From positions 448,001 to 512,000 of the forward strand of contig OY970340.1 of assembly GCA_963717465.1 (NCBI GenBank): 64,000 nt of DNA, in the 5' to 3' direction. The position numbers and the translations under genes were made by a program. The notes beneath the pieces were generated by a model that saw only the letters and a list, made by a program, of their open reading frames with translations, ran no database searches and had not been told where the DNA came from. This stretch comes from Candidatus Bathyarchaeota archaeon. Its GTDB lineage: Archaea > Thermoproteota > Bathyarchaeia > Bathyarchaeales > Bathycorpusculaceae. Below, one piece after another: positions 22,961 through 30,730 of this stretch. The stretch's first letter is position 1. Every line of letters starts with the position of its first letter.

Positions 22961-23245
22961 TTAGCCTCCGTGAACCACGGGGATAAAGACTATTTCGTCT
23001 CCAGCGTTAATTTTTGTTGATAGACCGCCAAGTACACTTATTTCTTTGCCGTTAACGAGAATTAACGCGTTAGGCTTAGGCTCAACTTGACCCGTGTCTA
23101 TTAGACTATTTTTTAACGCGGGTTTCTCTTGGCCAATTGCGTTTATAAAGTCAATAATCGATGAGCCTTTTGTGCATTTGAAAGATTGCTTTTTTTCTCC
23201 TGAAAGAAGACTAAGTTCACCGATGAACTTTACAGTAACGGACAT
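22961..23245 (-). CDS. MoaD/ThiS/SAMP ubiquitin-like sulfur carrier
   Basis: ILVNG...GDEIVFIPVVHGG with C-terminal GG. Confidence 0.9.
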   Translation of the reverse strand: MSVTVKFIGELSLLSGEKKQSFKCTKGSSIIDFINAIGQEKPALKNSLIDTGQVEPKPNALILVNGKEISVLGGLSTKINAGDEIVFIPVVHGG

Positions 23246-23321
23246 CTGTTTTTCTTACTCACTTTAAATTAGAAGCCACTTCGTTAAAAAATTATTTGCC
23301 GTTTAACATCGAAACGTGAGA

Positions 23322-23717
23322 CTAATTTTCTATTTTCTCTTCGGTTATGGTTTCAACTATGTCTGTTGCGATTCCTAAAAGTGTACCAGCTTGCTTCACC
23401 ATAAGATCGCTGTTCACTTCCTCCAATTGAGACAGTTGCTGGGTAATTGATTCGATCTCCATTAGGAAGCGCAGAACGGAGTCTTTGGTGAGCGGTTGCT
23501 TGAGAGATTCTTCTCGAACCAAAATTTCAATAAATGCGGGTTCACCCAAGCTATAATATATGGCGCTTCTGGCTTTTCTGATGGATTCAAGCACTAGGCT
23601 GGATGCCATATAAGGCATTTTTCGTGCTGCTTCCAGTTCAGCCTTTGCTTCACGAATGTAACGAAGCGCCCATCCTTTTCTGTAAGCGTCCATCATGAAA
23701 ATTTCTTTTCCATTCAT
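23322..23717 (-). CDS. Hypothetical alpha-helical protein (weakly HEPN-like)
   Basis: Clean ORF in the rps17e operon; N-terminal W..RY..EA..EL..A helix. Confidence 0.55.
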   Translation of the reverse strand: MNGKEIFMMDAYRKGWALRYIREAKAELEAARKMPYMASSLVLESIRKARSAIYYSLGEPAFIEILVREESLKQPLTKDSVLRFLMEIESITQQLSQLEEVNSDLMVKQAGTLLGIATDIVETITEEKIEN

Positions 23718-23753
23718 CCAGCTTATTCGGATGTTTCTATTTCTTCTTCAACG

Positions 23754-23963
23754 TCACTTTCTCTTTCTAGAACCGGTTTGAGCTAATGCATTAGTGCGTG
23801 TTATGTATCCAGCAACCTGGTTTCTTACACGTACCGTTGCGCCTTCTGTTAACGAGCTAACCGTGCGTTTGTTCTCGTCAAAGTTAGTGCCAAATTTGTC
23901 TGGAAAACGCGCCATTAGCGCCTTCCCGAGTCTTTTAATCTGTTCAGTCTTAACCTTTCCCAG
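23754..23963 (-). CDS. rps17e: 30S ribosomal protein S17e (probable CTG start; acidic tail likely frameshifted)
   Basis: GKVKTEQIKR..F.TNFDENK..RVRNQVAGYIT. GGAGG lies 7 nt upstream of CTG. Confidence 0.9.
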   Translation of the reverse strand: MGKVKTEQIKRLGKALMARFPDKFGTNFDENKRTVSSLTEGATVRVRNQVAGYITRTNALAQTGSRKRK

Positions 23964-24116
23964 TATTATTCCTCCGTCATCGCTTGTTTGTTTGCCAACG
24001 CTTATTAGCGTAAAAGCAACTTTCAATAGAATACAGGCTTAATTATAGGTTGCGCATAATCAAAACAAATTCAGTCTAATTATACAAGCAAAGCATTAAA
24101 GAACCTGATGTTGATG

Positions 24117-24896
24117 TTAATGGATTTTTATGTTAAAGAAAGCTTCAAAGTTCCTAACTATTTGCTCAGCAGCCTCTTCAACTGGAATCTTTTTTATTCC
24201 AGCAACTGACTCAACGACTGAACGAATAAAAGAGGGTTTAGTTAATTGCCCATTATAGGGGCGTTTCCAATAAGTCACCGGCCCATCGGTTTCTGTCAAC
24301 AGATTAGTTATCGGTGTGTTTGAAACAACTTCTCGAAGGCCCTTTGAGTATGTTAAAGGTGGCCCTTCTGTTATATAATATCCGTAATTTATAGCTTTGA
24401 ACAATGCGTCCATTGGATAGCTAAACCAATGCAGCAAGACACGTTTAAGATTGTAAGATGGAAGCATATCAACGATTTTATCAGTTGTTCCCCTTGAATG
24501 AACAATAACGGGTAAGCTAAGTTTTTCAGCTAAATGAAGCATGGCTTCAAAGACTGTCATTTGCTCTTTCCATATTGCCTCATACTTGTAATCTAAACCT
24601 ATCTCGCCAATCGCTAGTACCCTGCTTTTTTGGGCTTGATCACTGATAAAACTAATCGTTTCTTCAAGCTCGTTTTCTTTCAGCATCTTTACATTCCAAG
24701 GGTGAATTCCTAAAGCAGGATAAACAAATTCTGGATATTTTTCAGCCAGTTGCATATCATTGATACATGTTTTAAGGTCAACTGAATTTGTAACCAGCGC
24801 TATTACGCCAGCGTCTTTGGCGTCCTCTATGAGTTCATCTACGTGGCCCGTGTACTCAGAATCGGAAAGGTGAATATGGGCATCTATCAGCTTCAT
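24117..24896 (-). CDS. tatD: TatD family hydrolase
   Basis: DAHIH, GIHP, GEIGLD, HSR and ETDGP. Confidence 0.93.
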   Translation of the reverse strand: MKLIDAHIHLSDSEYTGHVDELIEDAKDAGVIALVTNSVDLKTCINDMQLAEKYPEFVYPALGIHPWNVKMLKENELEETISFISDQAQKSRVLAIGEIGLDYKYEAIWKEQMTVFEAMLHLAEKLSLPVIVHSRGTTDKIVDMLPSYNLKRVLLHWFSYPMDALFKAINYGYYITEGPPLTYSKGLREVVSNTPITNLLTETDGPVTYWKRPYNGQLTKPSFIRSVVESVAGIKKIPVEEAAEQIVRNFEAFFNIKIH

Positions 24897-25091
24897 TTTT
24901 TCCGCGCGTTATTAATAACAATTGAGCATTTTAAAATTTTCTTTCGTTGCAAGTCAGAATCGCGCAGTGCCGTGTCATTCTCCCCTTGCTCATTGCTGAT
25001 TCGTCAGATTAGAAAATGTAAATTACAAATCGTTCTCATAGGTAAGCTTAAATATTGCTTTAAAATGAAAAAGAAGCACGGAGTAGTCCTT

Positions 25092-25313
25092 ATGACAGAA
25101 TTAGAAATAGCTGCAGCCCCCATGCACAGATTATGCAAAAAAGCTGGGGCTGATAGAGTAAGTGAAGCTGCGGCAAAAGAACTTGCCAAAGCATTAGAGG
25201 AAATTGGCGTTAAAATCGCTAAAGAAGCATTAGATTTCGCCATGCACGCTGGAAGAAAAACTATCAAAGCAGAAGACATTGAAATAGCATCAAAAAAAGT
25301 CATGGGAAAATAA
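25092..25313 (+). CDS. Archaeal histone
   Basis: [10 protein letters not shown]...[14 protein letters not shown] histone fold. ATG at 25092, TATA-like CTTAAATA at 25047. Confidence 0.95.
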   Translation: MTELEIAAAPMHRLCKKAGADRVSEAAAKELAKALEEIGVKIAKEALDFAMHAGRKTIKAEDIEIASKKVMGK

Positions 25314-25371
25314 CTTTACAGTTAATTCCCTTCATAGTTCTTCCCTTATTTTCTTTTTTCCAAGTTAAGAT

Positions 25372-26124
25372 TTAGAATTTCTCTGAAGAGTCCCATAGAA
25401 ACTGGAAATATTCTCGTGCGAACCCGACTAAACCCAGATGGTTACTCCATATAATTAAGCTTGGTTTATCTTCACCTAAAAAAAGCAGAGCTTCTTTGCC
25501 GTCAACGATTACGCCGCCGCCGAACATGTGATCTCTAAGTCGAAACTCGTTTACTGCATTCAGCTTTTTTATGAATAGCCATTCATCACTTGAACCTGCA
25601 GCCATCAATTTAATGCTGACAGTTTTTTTCAATCCATTGCTCAACAATGGGTTAGCCGTTAGAATTATGGATTTGGCAAATTGAGGCGCTGCAACAACAA
25701 CCTCTTTTGTGGCTTTTGCAAAGGCTTCTTCAAGCTTAGTTAAAACCGCTTGTTGGCCTCGAAGTATCAAAATATCAGGTCGTTCAACCAACTCATGTTT
25801 TTCATACAATGGTTGAAGTTCCTCAGCAGCTGTATTCTCCCATTTAGCGAATTTGTCTTCCAGCTTAAGCTTCGTGAACTGCGTTGCCTCGAGTGGTGGA
25901 ACAGGGTAATACTTGAACGGGCGGGTTTCGCTGCTTTTTATCCAGCCTTTTTCTTTCAGGGAATTAAGCACTTCGTAAATTTTTGAGTAAGGAACAGCGG
26001 CGTCTTTACTTATTTTCATCGCTGTCATTTCCTCACCTATCAGTAAAGTTATGTAAGCGTCAATCTCGTAGGCGTTTAAACCCATTTCCTGCAGCACTTC
26101 ACGGGTATTCTTGTCTATTGACAT
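25372..26124 (-). CDS. TrmB family transcriptional regulator
   Basis: MGLNAYE..Y..L, VPYSKIYEVLNSL.EKGW and C-terminal PLD-like IVDGKE. Confidence 0.88.
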   Translation of the reverse strand: MSIDKNTREVLQEMGLNAYEIDAYITLLIGEEMTAMKISKDAAVPYSKIYEVLNSLKEKGWIKSSETRPFKYYPVPPLEATQFTKLKLEDKFAKWENTAAEELQPLYEKHELVERPDILILRGQQAVLTKLEEAFAKATKEVVVAAPQFAKSIILTANPLLSNGLKKTVSIKLMAAGSSDEWLFIKKLNAVNEFRLRDHMFGGGVIVDGKEALLFLGEDKPSLIIWSNHLGLVGFAREYFQFLWDSSEKF

Positions 26125-26229
26125 TCAAATCCCCCAAATCACCGTAGTAAACGTGTGGAAACCTTTTATTATTTAATCGATATGCTCTTAAACACTTCGA
26201 AAGAGCTAAGTCACTAGAAGGCAAAACAA

Positions 26230-27717
26230 ATGAAGGATATAAAAACCACTAAGAGTATTTGCCCTGAATGCCTGAAAGTTTTAGACGCAACAATCTTTGA
26301 AAACGACGGAAAAGTTTTCATCAAGAAACAATGCCCCGAACATGGAGCGTTTGAAGAGTTATACTGGTCTGATTATGAACAATACATGCGGGCAGAAAAG
26401 TTCAGAAGCGAAGGCGATGGATTAGAGAACCCTCGCACAAAAAAAGTGAACGGTTGCCCAAACGATTGTGGTATATGCCCTGAGCATAAATCACACACTG
26501 CCCTTGCAATCATCGATTTAACGAACAGGTGTAATCTTACCTGCCCAATTTGCTTTGCTAACGCTGCAGCGGCAGGATACGTTTACGAGCCAACTCAAGA
26601 GCAGATTATAGGAATGCTTGAGAACCTTCGAGCCAACAAGCCTGTTGCAGCCACGGCGCTTCAGTTCTCTGGCGGGGAACCGACAATCCGCAAAGACCTT
26701 CCGGAAATGATTCGAAAAGCCAAAGAACTTGGTTTTCAGCATGTGGAAGTAAACACGAATGGGCTTCGACTCGCACAAAGTGTTGATTATTGTAAAGAAT
26801 TGAAAGCGGCAGGCTTGAGCACTATTTATCTTCAATTCGACGGGTTAACATCGGATGTTTACAAGTTCATACGCGGTGTTGATCTACTTGATATAAAGAT
26901 GAAGGCCATTGAAAACCTTCGTCAAGCAGGATACTCCAGCGTCGTCCTGGTAGTCACCCTGGTTAAAGGCGTAAACGATAGCCAATTGGGCGACATAATT
27001 AATTTTGCAGCTAAAAACTTTGATGTAATTAGATGCATAAATGTGCAGCCAGTTTCACTTTGCGGAAGGCTACCGCAGAAGGATCGAGAGAAAATGCGCA
27101 TAACTATTCCTGATTTCATGCATCTGGTTGAGGAGCAAACAAAAGGCGTAATAAAAGTTTCAGACTTCTATCCTGTGCCCACGGTTGTTCCAGTATCCAA
27201 AGCTATAGGTGCACTAAAAGGAAAAAGATACTTAGAATTCACTGCGCATCCCCATTGTGGCACTGCAACTTACCTTCTAATTGATAATGGCAAGATTAAA
27301 CCAGTTACGGAATTCGGAAACGTTGACAAATTCATGGCGAGCATGGCTAAGGTCTATGAAACTGCAAGCAAAGGAAGCAAAACCAAAGCTAAGCTTCAAC
27401 TCGTCGGTTCAATGCGGTATGTAAAATTCAGCTTGCTTAGAAAAATGGCAGGAGTGCTAACCAAGGGTGATTATAAGTCTCTTGGCGACCTGCAAAGACA
27501 ATCAATCCTGCTTTCAGCAATGCACTTCATGGATCCATACAACTTTGACCTTGAAAGAGTCCAAAGATGCCTAATACACTACGCTGTTCCAGATGGCAGG
27601 ATAATTCCATTCTGCACAATGAATTCCATACATAGAGCTTCCGTGGAAAAGAAACTTGGCATTCCAATCAAAGAATGGAAAGAGAAGCATAAGGTTGAAA
27701 TAACTCAAACATTCTAG
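26230..27717 (+). CDS. tes: Radical SAM tetraether lipid synthase (Tes / GDGT-MAS)
   Basis: N-terminal CPEC..CPEHG, CPNDCGICPEH, CNLTCPICF, HPHCG and C-terminal RCLIHY..GRIIPFC. Confidence 0.88.
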   Translation: MKDIKTTKSICPECLKVLDATIFENDGKVFIKKQCPEHGAFEELYWSDYEQYMRAEKFRSEGDGLENPRTKKVNGCPNDCGICPEHKSHTALAIIDLTNRCNLTCPICFANAAAAGYVYEPTQEQIIGMLENLRANKPVAATALQFSGGEPTIRKDLPEMIRKAKELGFQHVEVNTNGLRLAQSVDYCKELKAAGLSTIYLQFDGLTSDVYKFIRGVDLLDIKMKAIENLRQAGYSSVVLVVTLVKGVNDSQLGDIINFAAKNFDVIRCINVQPVSLCGRLPQKDREKMRITIPDFMHLVEEQTKGVIKVSDFYPVPTVVPVSKAIGALKGKRYLEFTAHPHCGTATYLLIDNGKIKPVTEFGNVDKFMASMAKVYETASKGSKTKAKLQLVGSMRYVKFSLLRKMAGVLTKGDYKSLGDLQRQSILLSAMHFMDPYNFDLERVQRCLIHYAVPDGRIIPFCTMNSIHRASVEKKLGIPIKEWKEKHKVEITQTF

Positions 27718-27751
27718 ATTTCAAGAAAATCCCTTGAAAGGTTGAAAAGAT

Positions 27752-28087
27752 ATGGGTGGAAAAAAGAAGCTCGGCATAAAACAGATGGAAAAGCAACAGG
27801 CTAAGACAGACGATGATGAAAAAGGAAAAGAAAAGAAAAAAGATAAAGCAGCAGCACCGCCAAAAGAAAGAAAATCCATAGGCATTGTATCTCCAGATGC
27901 GAAAAATGACAAAATAGTTAGTGAAATAAAGAAGATGAACGTTTTAACACCTTACGCCGTCGCAACAAAATTCGGCATCAGAATAAGTATTGCCAAGGAT
28001 TTCTTGGAGCAACTTGAAGCAAACGGTTCAGTTCAACTTGTATCTGGAAGCCACAACATAAAAATTTACAAACCTGCAGCCGCCTAA
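27752..28087 (+). CDS. rps25e: 30S ribosomal protein S25e
   Basis: Lys-rich N-terminus; TPYAVA.KFGIRISIAKDFL..L...G. Confidence 0.88.
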   Translation: MGGKKKLGIKQMEKQQAKTDDDEKGKEKKKDKAAAPPKERKSIGIVSPDAKNDKIVSEIKKMNVLTPYAVATKFGIRISIAKDFLEQLEANGSVQLVSGSHNIKIYKPAAA

Positions 28088-28117
28088 TCTATCCACGATT
28101 TTTAATATAATTTTTAT

Positions 28118-28624
28118 TTGGTTTTGGAGGTTTACTTCAGTTTGGAAAAATTTCCTGAAAAAGTTTACACTACTGCTGAAGTAAAAAAGGCTAAAAAACT
28201 TTTAGATGAAGGCTACAAGCACACTTTAACGGTTGAAGGAAGTCAAAGTTTTAAAGAAAAAGTTAATCAAGCCTTGGAATTGACTAAAACAGCTGGGTAC
28301 TACGATTTTTTAAGGACTTACATCAGGCAAATTATCGAGATTGATGGTATAACTCAACTTCGAGAAACAGAAGTCGCCATCTGGACAAACAATTTTGCAG
28401 TAGAAAATCCGGTTGACGCAGCAAGCCTATTCATTCAAAAAGCTCACCAAACGAAAGAATACTTGGAGGGCGAACTGTATTACGGTGGCAACGCTGAAAA
28501 AAGGTCAGTTACAAAACGCATCGAGTTTTTAGAAAAGCTTAACGAGAAAAGCAAAGACCAAAACATAAAAGAAGAATGCCAAAAACTTTTGCAGATGTGG
28601 AAAGACAGCTCATTGAATTTTTAG
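28118..28624 (+). CDS. Hypothetical protein
   Basis: Clean ~160-aa ORF with typical codon use; no motif recognised; start uncertain. Confidence 0.6.
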   Translation: MVLEVYFSLEKFPEKVYTTAEVKKAKKLLDEGYKHTLTVEGSQSFKEKVNQALELTKTAGYYDFLRTYIRQIIEIDGITQLRETEVAIWTNNFAVENPVDAASLFIQKAHQTKEYLEGELYYGGNAEKRSVTKRIEFLEKLNEKSKDQNIKEECQKLLQMWKDSSLNF

Positions 28625-29013
28625 CTTATCAACTCTACTTTTATTGCAGTACCACTTTTAACCTGCTTAAAGATCTCAAGGTTTTTGCTTATTTTGCCAA
28701 GGATACTTACTGGACTGTAAGGTTGCGATTTGCCATAGAATATGCATAATGCGCTGCCTATCGGCCAAAAAGCAATAGCACCAGTTTCCACTGTAGATTT
28801 TGCTTTTTCTTCACCCATTTTTATTGGGATTTCAAAGTAAACTTCCTCTTTGTATAGAGCAGATCTGCCCTCAACTGGAAGCCTACGAACTAAAGTGTCA
28901 ATTGTTCTAGGAGCCAAAAACCTTACTAATTCGCCTTCAGCTTCTCCTAAACCTTCAATTACAAACTTAATTTTTATGCGTGAAATATCTTCTTCATTAC
29001 CCAAATTCTTCAT
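28621..29013 (-). CDS. Cyclophilin-like fold protein (DUF369-like)
   Basis: APRT..LP, EEVYF, GAIAFWP..ALCIFYG and SPVSILGKI. Confidence 0.8.
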   Translation of the reverse strand: MKNLGNEEDISRIKIKFVIEGLGEAEGELVRFLAPRTIDTLVRRLPVEGRSALYKEEVYFEIPIKMGEEKAKSTVETGAIAFWPIGSALCIFYGKSQPYSPVSILGKISKNLEIFKQVKSGTAIKVELIS

Positions 29014-29143
29014 GCATCCTTAACAGAAAATTATCAATAAATTATATTGACAAGTAAAATCTAGTGCGGAAGTTCATATTTAACTCTTACACTAATCTTG
29101 CCATCAACCTTGAAACCAGTGCGAATAAAAAAGTGTTTTCAGG

Positions 29144-30247
29144 CTATAAAAGCCCTAAAAGTGTTTTTCCAATAAACGTTATTTGTTCATCGGTGACTCC
29201 TGGATGAATCGGCAGAGAGAACACTTCTTTTGAAGCTTTTTCAGTGCATGGAAGTTTGCGACTAACAAAGTTTTCCTTGTAAAACGGCATCTGATGGACA
29301 GGGTTAATGTAGTAAACTTCAGCGCTTATGCCTTTGTTGTGCAGTTCATCAACTATTTTGTTGCGTTCTGCTTCAGTGCCATCCTTTAGTCGGACAGTGT
29401 ACAGGTACCAGCTATGCAACTGATTCTTCGATTCGGAAGGCAGTTGAAGTCAACTGTTTTTGCACAGGATTTTTGTTAATTGTTCTGCGTTTTGTCGGCG
29501 TTTGGCAGCAAAGGAGGGCAACTTTTCCAGTTGCACGATGCCTATGGCAGCTTGAATTTCAGACATGCGGTAATTGTTTCCCAGCATCATTGATGAATAC
29601 TTGGCTTTTTCACCATGAGTTCTAATCATCTTTAAAGTTTCAGCTACCGCATCATTGTCTGTAGTGATGACTCCGCCCTCGCCGGTAGTAATGTTCTTGC
29701 TTGCATACAGACTCCAGCATGCGACATCGGAAAACTTGCCAGCGGGTTTTCCATTGTAAGTTGCACCGTGAGCCTGCGCTGCATCCTCAATCAAAGCCAG
29801 ACCATGTTTAGAAGCGATCTCTCGAAGGGGTTTCATATCAGCACTATACCCATAAAGATCCACAGGTAATATTGCCTTAGTTTTCTTGGTTAACGCTTTT
29901 TCCACTGCTTCTGGAGAAAGATTGAAGGTTTCAGAGTCTATATCGGTGAATACGGGTTTTCCTCCAGCTAAGATAACTGCTTCTGCTGTTGCTACAAAAG
30001 TGAAGCTTGGCAATACTACTTCATCGCCCTGCTTTACACCCATAGCTGCAACGGCAGAATGCAAGGCAGCGGTTCCAGTGTTCATTGCTATGGCATGTTT
30101 AACGCTCGCGAACTTGGCATAGTTGCGTTCGAATTCGGTGACCATTGGCCCCGCTCCAAGTCCGCTTGTTAACATTCCGCTTCTTAGAACTTTAACAACT
30201 GCTTGAACTTCTTCTTCTCCGATTTTGGGCAAATTAATTGGAATCAA
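29144..30247 (-). CDS. DegT/DnrJ/EryC1/StrS PLP aminotransferase (in-frame TGA at 29450-29452)
   Basis: TGTAALH, EDAAQAHG, SKNITTGEGG, NYRMSE and SLPIHP. The two ORFs are in one frame across a TGA. Confidence 0.88.
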
Positions 30248-30694
30248 CCGACTAACCTCTTTAGGGGTAAAATATTGTCGTCTCAAGTTATATTCATTTT
30301 CTTAAGATAAGTAAAATTTAGCCTTGCTAAGAAAAAACTGCAAGATGAAATTCATAAATCTTATTCTTATACCGACTTGAAATAGCACAACAACATAAGT
30401 TGGAATAACACCATAGTATTCAGTCTAACAATCTCACCCACAAGCGTCTCTGCAACTATTAGCCGATACATGCACACCAGCAGCAACAATGAAGTGACTT
30501 TTAACTTCGTCGGCACAACATCAGGTTCATAAATAACAAATTCAAATGCCAATGGTCCTCCGGTAAATGGATAAGCTACATTATTTATCTTTAAACTGTT
30601 AGGTAATACAAATTTTCCATAACAAGTATTTACAGCTAATCAGGCTCAGCACTAAGCATTCAAGTTCCATCGACAATTACTCTAACGTCATTGC

Positions 30695-30713
30695 ATTAAA
30701 AAAGAAAAAAGGG
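30695..30713 (-). terminator. Oligo-T archaeal terminator after the oxidoreductase gene
   Basis: Minus strand CCCTTTTTTCTTTTTT about 20 nt after the TAG at 30731. Confidence 0.6.
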
Positions 30714-30730
30714 AATTGTTGTGGGGTCGG

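Noticed and set aside
23322..23717. HEPN toxin / defence RNase
   Set aside because: No properly placed Rx4-6H motif and no partner nucleotidyltransferase; the context is housekeeping.
24843..25091. Long N-terminal tail on the histone (156-aa ORF)
   Set aside because: The extension overlaps tatD antisense and the TATA box. ATG 25092 with upstream GGAG gives a normal 73-aa histone.
30600..30730. Archaeal-type 3'-UTR SECIS after the oxidoreductase
   Set aside because: An oligo-T terminator follows within about 20 nt, and no GC-rich stem with a GAA/A internal loop is visible.
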